NCBI GenBank assembly: GCA_963726195.1 | Contig: CAVSBO010000003.1 | Location: 480,001 to 544,000, forward strand | DNA length: 64,000 nucleotides | Reading direction: 5' to 3' | From: Candidatus Thorarchaeota archaeon | GTDB taxonomy: Archaea; Asgardarchaeota; Thorarchaeia; Thorarchaeales; Thorarchaeaceae | In this document: positions 1 to 11,990 of the stretch, in pieces | Numbering within the stretch: position 1 is the first letter of the stretch | How the letters are laid out: each line of letters starts with the position of its first letter | Made by a program: the position numbers and the translations under genes | The notes under the pieces: generated by a model | Seen by the model: the letters and a program-made list of their open reading frames with translations, nothing else | The model's database searches: none | What the model was told of the DNA's origin: nothing

Positions 1-273
1 CAAGGAGCCGATGGGCAGTTCTCCAGCAGGAAACAGTCCAACCACCGGTTCCTCGTTGCACCGGGTCGAATCCCGCACCCAACGGAGTGTTCGGCCCTAT
101 GCAACTCCGTTCTCGTCTCATTATATAAACAACCCAGTGAGACATGACATTACGTTAAGTGGCCGCCCTATGGGTGTTCCGTTTCCAAACCGATTGGCAA
201 GAACTACTTGAGAACATCTGATGATTTCGCATCTGTAGGCGTTTAATAGCGGATACAATAGTAGTACCCTGGG

Positions 274-1416
274 TCATTCTTCGTGGTCATTCAACCTCAG
301 CCAAACCGGATTGGCACATGATACCGCCTCCGTCTTTCCTCCTCCTGTGACACCTCTCTGACAATGTCTGAGTACGTCTGCAGATTCTGAGCCATGGGAA
401 GCAAACGGGTCCGGTATTTGTTGGCGCTCAGCCCAGAATAGACAAAATGCGCCCACAAGAGGGCCATGAGCGCAAACAGCGCGATGAAAACGTAATACGA
501 CAGCACATCCCCACCTAGTAGTCTTTCTCCTTGGCCAATCAAGAAAGAAATGAGCCCGAGGAGCAAAAGCATAACCAGCGATGGGACATCAAGCCCATAG
601 AGAATTCCGGCGGAGACCCAACCGGGTCCATCAAGCCAGCTTCTCTTCTTTCTGCGGTCAACATATCCCAGGCTGCATCGGCCTTCTCTTCCACAAGTGA
701 GCCACATCCCAATGCTAAGATTTCGGCAGCGAATATGAAAAGCACTACTGCAAAAATGACAGGCAGTTCGGATTCAGTTAGAGGAAGGGGATGCAGAAAA
801 ATCAGGGCAATGAACATCGCGAGGATCATAAGGCTGCCTGAAGGAATGCCGACCAATAGGAAGCGCCAGAATGTCTTGACGAGAAGCAGTCTCACTTCTA
901 CTGCATCTTTCAAGTCCGCATAGGCGCGAATGAAAAGGACGTATCCAGTGGCGATCCCCAGGAAGATACGTACGTAGTCCCCGAGTCCCAAGAGCCACCA
1001 GAATGCGGAAACAAAGGTCATGATTGCGACAGACCAGTTGGCTTCCTTGTCCAACCTCACTAGTTCCTCGTTGTTGACCTGTTTACGAAGAATCTCACGC
1101 AACACCAGTTAGGATTAACGTCAATCGCGTCGCGTATCAGCCTGGTTGTATCAAGGGTGTGCCAATTGGATGTTACGACCTCGACTCTCATTGGCCCTTG
1201 ACGACTACCCGATAGATGGACCGCCAGCTGGCGGTCCTCCCAAGTCCATGTGCAAATTGGCCGTGAGTATCCGTTGTTCCGTACGGCTGGCTGAGGCCGC
1301 TCTACGGGACAACCGAGTTCACCACAGAATATGCGAAGAAGACTAGCGTAGCTTTCCATGACATCAAAGATGTCCTCATCATCCTTTGCATGATTCACAG
1401 CTTTGATAGATGCCAT
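274..1416 (-). CDS. Hypothetical multi-pass membrane protein, probably one gene split by indels (ORFs 1060-1416, 539-1105, 297-707)
   Basis: Three overlapping same-strand ORFs whose coding-like segments abut; several hydrophobic TM-like stretches; no family recognised. Confidence 0.45.
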
Positions 1417-2048
1417 TGCCCCTTGCTCAGAAGAAGACTACTAGACGCTAAGACAACTGGATACGCTCGCCTATTTCTGTTTTGCCGCTCATGACCAGTA
1501 CGATACCATGTGAGCATACCGGAAGGCAACAGGCTCTGAAATGCGTCCGGCCAATTCGGTTCTCGTGTCTTGACACCAACCTAGGTTCGGCGATTACACT
1601 GCTGGTCTTGGCCACGCTTTGGTTCTCGCCTTATCTGGCATTCCAATTCAAACGGCGGAGATTTACGGACACATCTTTCTTTGCTTTGTCCTCGCCAATC
1701 TCCATGGAGTTGTCTGGTCGGGAAATCATTAACGACGACGTGACCCAGCTTCTTGAGGCCCTCGGACGTTCAGCCGGGAAAAGACACAACAGAGTCCGAC
1801 AGTTGAGTCGGAGCGGCCGAACACCCATCTACGCAGCAATCCACAAAGAACCCGTCTCTTGCCTGAGCGACTATCATCCACTTGGAAGTTCAGAATAGGT
1901 GAGGATGACTACATAATAAGGCCAGATTGGACATCCTCCACGGAAGGCATCTATGTCGCTGCAAAGGTTTATCATCAATACACCATGAAGACGATGTGAC
2001 TGAGGACGATATCGCACCTCAATGTTTCGCAATCGGGGGCCAATACAG

Positions 2049-4002
2049 GTGATTGTAGAATCGATAAGAGTGCAGAATTTTCGATCGATAAGGGACCAGA
2101 CTCTTGCACTCGACGAACTAACGATGCTTGTGGGTCCTAATGGCGCGGGGAAGTCTTCGTTTCTGAAGGCCCTGAACCTCTTTCATACTCCAAGTGCAGC
2201 CTACAACGAGGACGATTTCTACAACAAGGATAGCAGCAGAGAGATTGTCACAGCTGTAACATTCGGCTGCCTGACCACCGTAGAGAAGGAATTGTTCCGC
2301 AAATACGTTGAGGGCGACAAACTGACAGTTGAAAAGGTGATGACTTGGCCCAAAGACCGAACGAGTCAGAAGTATCACGGATCCAGATTGATGAATGAAG
2401 AGTTCAGCCAGTTCAGGAAGGCAACCGGCCAAAGTCTCAGAGCGGAGTACAACAAGCTCCGCGAGGGTAAGTACAAACACTCCCCGGCCTACACAAACAA
2501 GGAAGACGCTGAGCAATCATTACAGAGTGGGAGAGTTCCAATCCAACCAACTGTACGAGACAACGGGACGATGGTCAGTTCTTTGGCTTCAAGGAGGTTG
2601 GGACTGCGCATCTTGAACGATTCTGGAGGTACATATTCGTTCCGGCCGTGAGAGATGCCTCAGAAGACGCGCAGGAAAGCAAGGACAGCCCCCTAACTGA
2701 GATTATGAACCTCGTAGTAAGAAGCGTGTTGCAGAGTCGAAAGGAGATACAACTACTAAAGGAGCGAACTGAGCTCAGACTACAATGCTATAATGGATGA
2801 AGCGAAACGCACGGAGATGCGAAATCTCGAGACCAGTCTCAATTCCTCTCTTCGCACCTATGTCCCGACTGCGAGTGTTCAGCTGAGCTGGGACCTGACG
2901 ACTGAAGTTGACATTCCTTCACCCCGCGCATACGTCAACCTCGTTGAAGACGATTATCCAACTCCTGTCGAGCGTTGCGGACATGGACTTCAGCGAGCAT
3001 ACATCTTGACCATGCTTCAGCAACTGGCTTATGCCCAGGCTGCGGCCAAGCTGGCAGAGGACGAAGCTACCGGAGAAATACCAGGTGCCGAGCCAGGCTA
3101 TCTGATTGGCATCGAAGAACCGGAACTGTATCAACACCCTAACAGACAGCGCCACCTATTCAAGATTCTCCAAAAGCTCGTCCCGCGGCGGTATTGAAGG
3201 TATCGCAAAGAATACTCAGATAATCTGCAGTACGCACTCGCCACTTTTCGTTGACATCAGGTTGTTCAGCAATATCAGACGAATCTACAAAGTTCAAACC
3301 CAAGCAGAGAATCCAAAGGAGAGTATAGTGATCAGGACGACCCTTGACGACGTGGCTGCTAGGATTGGCTTTGCGGACCAGAAGCCACAGGGCACGTTTA
3401 CTGGCACAGCCCTCGAACCAAGGCTTCAGACTCTCATGACACCGTGGATGAATGAAGGCTTCTTTGCGGATGCCGCAGTTCTGGTCGAGGGCGAAGAGGA
3501 CAGAGCGCTAATCCTAGGAGTAGCCCAGACAATGGGATGCAATCTCGAAGGCAATGGCATCTCTGTCATTCCGTGTATGGGAAAGACTAACCTCGACCGA
3601 CCTGCAACTGTCTTCAGCTTGCTCGGCATTCCAGTGTACATGATTTGGGATTCTGACCACGAAGGCAAGGATGCCCTTCCCGAAGACAATCATAGGCTTC
3701 TGAGGTTGTTGGGTGTGGCCGTGGAAGACTGGCCCGATGAGATTGCAGACAACTATGCATGTTTCGAGCATACCATCTCAAAGACGTTCCAGGAGGAGAT
3801 TGGAGAGGAAGTATTCAGTGATCGTCTGAAAGCATGCCAAAGCAGATTCTCTATCAGGAAGAAAGACCATGCCATGAAGAACCCTCTTGTAATTCAGAGT
3901 ATCGTCGAAGAAGCCAAGACATTGGGACACACGAGCAAATCGTTAGAAGACATCGTCACGAGGTTGACTCGACTCGTTCACCAAGAGGCAAGCGAGAACT
4001 AG
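2049..4002 (+). CDS. OLD-family ATP-dependent endonuclease (ABC ATPase + TOPRIM), frameshifted
   Basis: Walker A GPNGAGKS, signature CGHGLQR, Walker B IGIEEPELYQHP, H-loop STHSP, TOPRIM VLVEGEED and WDSD, spread over frames at 2049-2651, ~2550-2790, 2793-3197 and 3106-4002. Confidence 0.88.
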
Positions 4003-4254
4003 ATTCATCTTGACGTAAACATCATTCTCAACGATTCGTGACATCAACGCGATGCGCTGTCGCGCCAACTTGAGCCGGAATCTGGCATGTGATGCATGGG
4101 CAAGAGGGATCTGCCAAGAATCTCAGCGTGATCGCAGTATGAAGTTGGTGGTTTAAAGGAAGGCCTCAATACCCCAGAAAACACAAATAACCATAGGTCA
4201 ATAGACCATTTGCGCCATTAGGCTTTGCCCTTAGGGTTCAAAGCCAGCAGAGAT

Positions 4255-4339
4255 GCCGCCGTAGCCTAATGGTTATGGCGCAGGTCCGATAAACCTGTAC
4301 CCTTCGTGGTTTGGGGGTTCGAGTCCCCCCGGCGCATCA
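4255..4339 (+). tRNA. Atypical tRNA, anticodon GAT (Ile), with long class-II variable arm
   Basis: Cloverleaf: acceptor GCCGCCG/CGGCG-C (one G missing), D stem GCC/GGC with GG loop, anticodon stem CAGGT/ACCTG with loop CCGATAA, 15-nt variable region TACCCTTCGTGGTTT, T arm GGGGG-TTCGAGT-CCCCC, then A-TCA. Confidence 0.8.
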
Positions 4340-4538
4340 CTATGTTCTCGAAGGTCGGGCTTAGGGATGTGATACTCGCTTCATGCTCGTTGATTGTTTC
4401 AGAAAGATGCGTCATCCGAGTAGGAGTTTCCAGAATCATCGCTGATAGAGAGATCTTGCTTCTTCTCAAACATGTCGGGGGTCACGCAGCAGCTTGATGG
4501 ATGCCTGTCGCGCGTGACTCCGACGTGAAAAATAGAGA

Positions 4539-5584
<1,046 letters not shown>

Positions 5585-5776
5585 GTTGATTCACGACCTT
5601 GGCTGCAGCAGACTGAATCTTACTGAAAAAGCTTGTCAACAACATCGATAATCATTGGCCGCACGTTTGGCCATTGACCTTTGGGGTTCATCAACCACAA
5701 GCCCTGCCTTCGCCAAGACTTATCTAGCGGCTTGCGTATTTGGAAAGGCTATACTTCTCGCTACAAGGGGAGAAAT

Positions 5777-8354
5777 GTGAAGAAGATAATCAAATTCGGC
5801 CTTTCCTTGGTGGGACCTATCGTAATGATAGTGATTCTCACCATGCCGATAGGCCCACTGGCTGGCGGTCTCGGGATACTGCAGCCAATCGGTGGCATCT
5901 TCGATGTCGGGCGAGCCGTCACCGAACCCACCGCACAGACTGTGAACTTACCCGGTCTCACCGCCCAAGCTACTGTGCTTGTCGATCAATGGGGAATACC
6001 CCACATATACGCAAGCACAGTTGAGGATGCATACATGGCCCTAGGCTACCTGCATGCAAAGGACCGTCTTTTCCAGATGGTCATACAGAACTACCTAGCT
6101 GAAGGCCGCATCTGTGAACTGGTGGGTGCCTACGCAGCCAGCTCGGACAGGTTCTATCGCACGATAGGGCTTGCAAGAGCGGCGCAGAGAACACTCGACT
6201 GGTACGTGGCGAACAGTGCAAACCCTGACATCGCGTCTGGTCTCAAGGTCATTGACGCTGAGTGCGCTGGAGTCAACGCCTTCATCAAGTCGATGACAAG
6301 CGTCACGACGCCCTTGGAGTTCAAGATTCTAGGATTCACACCACAGCCTTGGACTCGTCTGGATGTATTCGTCTGGGCAAAGATGATGACGTGGGGTCTG
6401 TCTGGCGACACGTACGACCTAGAAAGAGAATGGGTAAGGACCACAGTCAACAACGACACTATGTACAACCAACTCTTTACTGATGTGATGCCCTTCGAGA
6501 TTCCCATAGTGCCTGAGCAGACAAACCTGAGCATCGTCACATATCCGAACGCACCTGGAAACGTCACGGTGTCAGCCTATCAACAGAATCCTGTCGTGGA
6601 GAAGACTGCCGCAGAGGCATTGATACCTCAGGCAAAACTCCAGGCGGTAATGAAACTCCTTGCGTCCATAATCCAGGCTCCTGGGCCGGATGACATCATA
6701 GGTAGCAACAACTGGGCTGTCAATGGCTCAAAGTCTACAACGGGGAAGCCGATACTGTGCAACGACCCTCATCTTGGGCTTCAAGCACCATCACTCTGGT
6801 ATGAGGCACAAATCGTTGTGCCCGGTCAGACTCAATGTGATGGGTGTGACACTGCCGGGCCTTCCTGCAGTGCTTCTAGGTCACAATGACCACATTGCGT
6901 GGGGCTTCACAAATGTCGGTGCCGATGTCACGGATGTCTTCGTGGAGAAACTGAACCCTGCCAATTCATCTCAATACTGGTACAATGGACACTATGTTCC
7001 ATTCAAGGTCTACGACGAAACCATTCACACAAAAGAGGGAACTGACATACCCTTGCAAGTCAAAGAGTCAGTACATGGTCCTTTGATTGATTCTGCATTG
7101 AGCACCTACGGAACCGACACTGAGAGTCAGCCGAACCTCGCAATGAATTGGACTGGGTACGGCGTCACTCATGAACTCCTGGCAGCGGAGATGCTGAACC
7201 GTGCAACCAACCTCGCGCAGTACTTTGACGCGCTATACTTCTGGGACAGTCCTGCTCAGAACATCATATACGCAGATGACGCAGGACACATCGCGATAAC
7301 CTGCGCAGGAAGATATCCAATCAGGGCAGGATACACAGGTGAATACCCGGTGGCTGCGTACAACGACTCAGTTGGAATGGTAAGCTACATTCCGTATGCG
7401 TACATTCCACGCTCAGTCGACCCAGCACAAGGCTACTTGGCGTCTGCGAACCAGAGGTCAATAGACTGAGCAAGTACGGGTACCAACTGCTGGGACCATT
7501 CGATGATGGCTATCGTGGTCGACGCATCAACTACCTGCTCAATAGCACTCCAACTGTTTCCATAGACGACATGAAGAGGTTCCAGGCGGACTCGTTGGAG
7601 GTCGCTGCCCAACAGATCGTGCCTTATGTCGTAGCAGCTTGGGACTGGTTGGGAGATGGCAATAGCGACCATTGACAGTGTAGCCAACGAACTCAGCAGC
7701 TGGAACTACGTGATGGATACAGACACTTGGGCTCCAACGGTCTGGATGTACCTGAAAGATGCCATTCACTACCTGACCTTCGACGAACTGCGATCCATTA
7801 ACCCAGATCTTCCTCTATCTCGCACACCAGTACTGGAGAAACTAATCAAAGACAATAACGCCTACTACTTTGACGACCACACGACGACCGGCAAAGTGGA
7901 GACCCGCGACCAGATCTTGGTGGAAGCCCTGCATAGAGCAGTAGATCAGATGGTCCAGCAATATGGCAACGACAAAGCGAATTGGCTCTATGGTCTGTAC
8001 CACAGGGTCTACTTGGACCATCTGGCTGGCTTCACGTACATAGGCGGTGGACCTGCCCGTGGACAACAGACCCTGAATGCTGCAGGTGGATGGAGGGTCA
8101 CGCATGGACCTTCCTGGAGAATGGTGGCTGATCTCAGCAACCTTCAGAAGTCGTACGGCGTCTATCCGGGTGGACAGAGCGGCAACATGTTCAGCCCTCA
8201 CTGGGACGACTTGTTCAAGCTCTGGTATGCATACAACAAGACAACGCAGCAGTACGGATACCACCCAATGTACTTCTACTCGACCGCAGCGGCGTTTCAA
8301 GCAGCTGACACAGCCGGAACAATGATCGAGAGAACCATCACCTTTGTGGGCTAG
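5777..8354 (+). CDS. Penicillin acylase family (peptidase S45, Ntn hydrolase), membrane-anchored, frameshifted
   Basis: N-terminal TM, DQWGIPHIYA, HAKDRLFQM, catalytic GSNNWAV...NDPHL, SANQR, PGGQSG...HWDD; pieces 5681-6889, 6723-7469, ~7470-7665, 7656-8354. Confidence 0.92.
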
Positions 8355-8359
8355 GAGGC

Positions 8360-8782
8360 ATGGCAATGAGAAAACTCGATGATATATTCCCAAACCTCGG
8401 ATTCGTGAAAGCGCTCATCGTCGTGATCGTACTGGCTATCGCTCTTGAGTTGAGCGGAGCATGGATTACAATGCTGATCGCTGGAGCGTTCGGAGGTCTG
8501 TTCACAAGAAAGACCTTACACGCATTTCTAGTGGGGCTGCTAGGTGTTGGCCTCGCATGGGGCGTTCTCTTCCTGTACCTGTCCATGACAGCCCAAGCCA
8601 TGGCCATTGCGAACATCTTCATAGGGCTCCTAGGCCTACACGGCATGGGCTGACTCGTGTTGTTCGTGAGCATCCTCATTGGGGCATTGCTCGGGGGCTT
8701 CGGCGGCCTGCTTGGAAGGTCTCTGGCTGAAGTTATAGACGACATGTCAGGCAAAGGCTCTGCCGCGGCCACTCCAGCGTAG
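8360..8782 (+). CDS. Small Gly-rich membrane protein with in-frame TGA at 8651-8653
   Basis: The hydrophobic reading frame continues past the TGA (LVLFVSILIGALLGGFGG...) to TAG at 8780-8782. Confidence 0.65.
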
Positions 8783-8788
8783 TATCCG

Positions 8789-9418
8789 TTACAGCGAAAC
8801 GGCCGGAGACTTAATGGGCTCCGGCCTTGTTTCTTCTTTTTGCTCGGGCTGAGTGGCTACGTGAAGTGACCGAAGTCCGAAGAATCTCAGAATAAGCGTG
8901 ATAGCGACAGCCGAGAGAGCGGCGACAGAGGCGATTATGAGCACTCCTGCTGGGGTCCATGCAGCGACTTGATCGATTGAGATTTCAATGTGCTTGCGGA
9001 AGATAGAGTCACTATAGTAGACAACATACCACCTGCCACTTTCTGGCACTTCGGTTCTCCAAGAACAACTAGACACATGATCCTTGGTCAGAATGGTTGT
9101 TGCTTGCTTTCCGTTCACCCAGAGATCGTGGTTCTTCTGGTCACAGATCATGATGCTTGCACCTTGAATCAACCAAAGGTCATACTTGGTTTGGTCGCCC
9201 GGAAAGAGGTCGCCGTCCTGCTTCACTTGGAGGGTTCCTGAGAGAACATCGTGGGCATTACAGTCGAATGCATACTGCTCTGATGACCAAGCCTCCAGCC
9301 AGAAGTCACGAGTCCCAGTGAAAGCAGATCCTGGCCGGACAAACAAGCCTTGGACCACGAACAACGAGACAAAAGCCGCCACGAAAACAACAAGCAAAGA
9401 CCGTTTCCCGTACCGCAT
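8789..9418 (-). CDS. Signal peptide + GOLD/p24-like beta domain + C-terminal TM protein
   Basis: Signal-like N-terminus, DVLSG...ICD...W-x-x-x-VPESGRWYVVY motif, TM helix, short tail; paralog of 16017-16703. Confidence 0.6.
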   Translation of the reverse strand: MRYGKRSLLVVFVAAFVSLFVVQGLFVRPGSAFTGTRDFWLEAWSSEQYAFDCNAHDVLSGTLQVKQDGDLFPGDQTKYDLWLIQGASIMICDQKNHDLWVNGKQATTILTKDHVSSCSWRTEVPESGRWYVVYYSDSIFRKHIEISIDQVAAWTPAGVLIIASVAALSAVAITLILRFFGLRSLHVATQPEQKEETRPEPIKSPAVSL

Positions 9419-9629
9419 TTCTGAGAACCCCTGCACGGCACTGAGTTATGGTGCCCAAGCTCCCACATATGTCTTGTTCAGCGAAGACCAAGTCTCAGGC
9501 CCATGTCCCTAGGCCCCGGTTGCGGGTATTCTCTCAATGCCAACCCGCACGCACAAGGCCGTCATGCAACTCAATGGAATTGCTTTTTAGTCCGGCTTGG
9601 TCAGTTCGGTCATCTTCTAGGTGAACACC

Positions 9630-10820
9630 ATGCATCGCGAAATCGCCAAGGGCGTATACTACGTTGGAGTTGATGACCATCATACTGAGTTGTTCGAGAA
9701 TCTTTGGACTTTGCCCTACGGTGTTTCATACAACAGCTACCTGATAGTCGACGAGAAAGTCGCACTGATTGAATGCGTCAAGGAGCCATGGTCTGCGGAA
9801 TGGCTGGCCAACATCCGCGAAATCGTAGACCCGTCGAAGATAGACTACATCATACTCAATCACATGGAACCTGATCATACGGGTGCATTGCCAGACTTGG
9901 CCAAGGTCGCAAAGAGAGCTGTCATTGTTTACACTCAGAAAGCTTCGGATATGCAGAAGTCGTTCTACAATACCCGCCTCCCGGAGAAGATAGTAGGAGA
10001 CCTTGAGGAGATTTCGCTTGGCAGCAGAAACCTCAGGTTCATTCATGCGCCATTTCTTCACTGGCCAGAAACGATGTTAACCTACGACACGAAGGAGCAT
10101 GTACTGTTTTCATGCGACGCCTTTGGCTCATTTGGAGCTCTCAATGGGAACCATTTTGACGATGAAATCAACATGGAGATGGTCGAATCAGAAAGCAGGC
10201 GATACCTGTCAGCAATAATCGCGAGTTATCTGAAATTCATTCAGCAAGGCATTGCCAGAGTCAAAGAACTGAACTTGGATGTCAAAATGATTGCACCCAG
10301 TCACGGACCGATCTATCGCAAGAACCCCACGTGGATTGTTGAACGATACGCAGAGTGGAGCAATCCTGAACTGGAGAAGAACTGTGTCATAGTGTACGGA
10401 ACCATGTATGGTTTCACTTACAGATTGGTCATGATATTGAAGAAGGAACTAATCAACCTCGGCGTGGAAGTCAAGACCCATAACGTCTCGGTCTCAGAGT
10501 TGAGCAGAATCATAACCGACACCATGCGAGCGGGAGTGATAGTGCTTGGTTCACCGACCTACGATGCTTTTCCCTTTCCCAGAATCCAGACTGTCGTCGA
10601 TGAGATGGAGTGCAAACGCTATGCCAAACGTCCGATTGGTCTCTTCGGTACTTACGGTTGGGGAGGAGGAGGTCTAAGGAGACTTCAGAAGCAACTCGAC
10701 GGGATGGGATTCAGCATTCTTGAGCCCGTCATAAGCGTGCATGGCCAGCCAAACCCGCAAGAAGTTGAGGACTGCAAGAGACTTGCCAAGGCCATCGCGA
10801 GCGTTCTCGGACGGAAATGA
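9630..10820 (+). CDS. fprA: Flavodiiron protein (FprA, A-type flavoprotein)
   Basis: GVSYNSYL, HMEPDH, HWPE, FSCDAFG, PSHGP and a flavodoxin domain (YGTMYG, GSPTY, TYGWGGG). Confidence 0.95.
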   Translation: MHREIAKGVYYVGVDDHHTELFENLWTLPYGVSYNSYLIVDEKVALIECVKEPWSAEWLANIREIVDPSKIDYIILNHMEPDHTGALPDLAKVAKRAVIVYTQKASDMQKSFYNTRLPEKIVGDLEEISLGSRNLRFIHAPFLHWPETMLTYDTKEHVLFSCDAFGSFGALNGNHFDDEINMEMVESESRRYLSAIIASYLKFIQQGIARVKELNLDVKMIAPSHGPIYRKNPTWIVERYAEWSNPELEKNCVIVYGTMYGFTYRLVMILKKELINLGVEVKTHNVSVSELSRIITDTMRAGVIVLGSPTYDAFPFPRIQTVVDEMECKRYAKRPIGLFGTYGWGGGGLRRLQKQLDGMGFSILEPVISVHGQPNPQEVEDCKRLAKAIASVLGRK

Positions 10821-10883
10821 CCCACCTGCATCATGACTGGTAATGAGAACGTACTCTATGCTCAGACTTAATAGCACCGCCAA

Positions 10884-10933
10884 CCGAAAGCCGAAACATT
10901 CTGTCTCAAAGAATGAGAGACTCCGGCTTTCGG
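10884..10933. promoter_or_regulatory. Perfect 10-bp inverted repeat in the rubrerythrin promoter/leader
   Basis: CCGAAAGCCG (10884-10893) and CGGCTTTCGG (10924-10933) with a 30-nt spacer, just downstream of TATA-like CTTAATA (10867). Confidence 0.5.
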
Positions 10934-10970
10934 AGCCAAGATGATCACTGAGCAGAAGGAGAGAGACGCT

Positions 10971-11555
10971 ATGGAATTCAAAGGATCAAAGACTGAAAGA
11001 AACCTCGTGGCTTCTTTCGCTGGAGAGTCTCAGGCTCGAAATCGTTATACTTACTACGCTGACAAAGCGAAGGAAGAGGGCTACATTCAGATTTCGGCCG
11101 TGTTCGAGGAGACCGCAAACCAAGAACGTGAGCATGCTGAACGATACTTCAAGCTACTGCAAGAAAACAACGCAGCAAACGCTGTCAAGGTCGAAGCAGA
11201 GTTCCCTGCTCGACCCTTGGGTAAGACCGAGGAGAATCTGAGAGCGGCTGCAGCAGGGGAGCACTACGAGACAACCTCAATGTACCCCGGCTTTGCAGAC
11301 ATCGCAGACAAAGAGGGCTTTCCTAAGATTGCTGCTGTTTGGAGAGCAATTGGCAAGGCAGAAGCATGGCATGAGCAGCGCTACAACACACTTGCCGACA
11401 ATGTGGCCAAGGGTCGCGTGTTTAAGCGAGAAACAAAGGTCAAGTGGCGCTGTCAGAATTGCGGCTACATTCATGAAGGCACAAGCCCTCCAGAGATGTG
11501 TCCTGCTTGTGGCTATCCTAAGAGCTACTACATGGTACACAGCGCCGAGTTCTAG
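10971..11555 (+). CDS. rbr: Rubrerythrin
   Basis: FAGESQARNRY, EREHA, GEHYE, AEAWHE and a C-terminal rubredoxin domain WRCQNCG...CPAC. Confidence 0.96.
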   Translation: MEFKGSKTERNLVASFAGESQARNRYTYYADKAKEEGYIQISAVFEETANQEREHAERYFKLLQENNAANAVKVEAEFPARPLGKTEENLRAAAAGEHYETTSMYPGFADIADKEGFPKIAAVWRAIGKAEAWHEQRYNTLADNVAKGRVFKRETKVKWRCQNCGYIHEGTSPPEMCPACGYPKSYYMVHSAEF

Positions 11556-11990
11556 AAACGACAGTCAGATAACACCTTGACCTCGAATGTCTGTTTCAGC
11601 ATCAGCAGGGTCAAGGTGTTTGTAACTGGCAAATCATCCCCAATTAGAGGAGTGGAGGTCCTCAAGGAAACAACAGGAGGGGGTGTCGAGGAGTTAGTGG
11701 GGTGATCTACAATCAGCGAATTCCTGTTGAAGCCTCCACTCAAACAGCACGACGCGCCTAGCCCACATTTCTTTGTGTGTGTTATGACATAACCAAGCAC
11801 ACTTTTCCCGATTAGAACACGCTCTTCTCTCAGGTAAGAACGGAATTCCCAACGCTCCGGGTAAGACATTCGGCATGAACGCTGGCGCCATTGATCACAT
11901 GGTCAAGCTGCAGCAGGGTCGTTGCTCTTTTGCCAAGACCCCACACGCGCGGCTGCAATGCCTGGCAGCCCATGCCAGAACAGATCACGG

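Noticed and set aside
55-82. GGGTCGAATCCCG resembling a tRNA T-arm or att remnant
   Set aside because: The T-loop is one base short, there is no convincing cloverleaf, and it does not match the tRNA at 4255.
8651-8653. In-frame TGA as selenocysteine or recoded stop
   Set aside because: The context is a hydrophobic membrane segment where Trp (TGG) fits, there is no redox motif or recognisable SECIS, and the assembly is error-prone. Most likely a base error or nonsense mutation.
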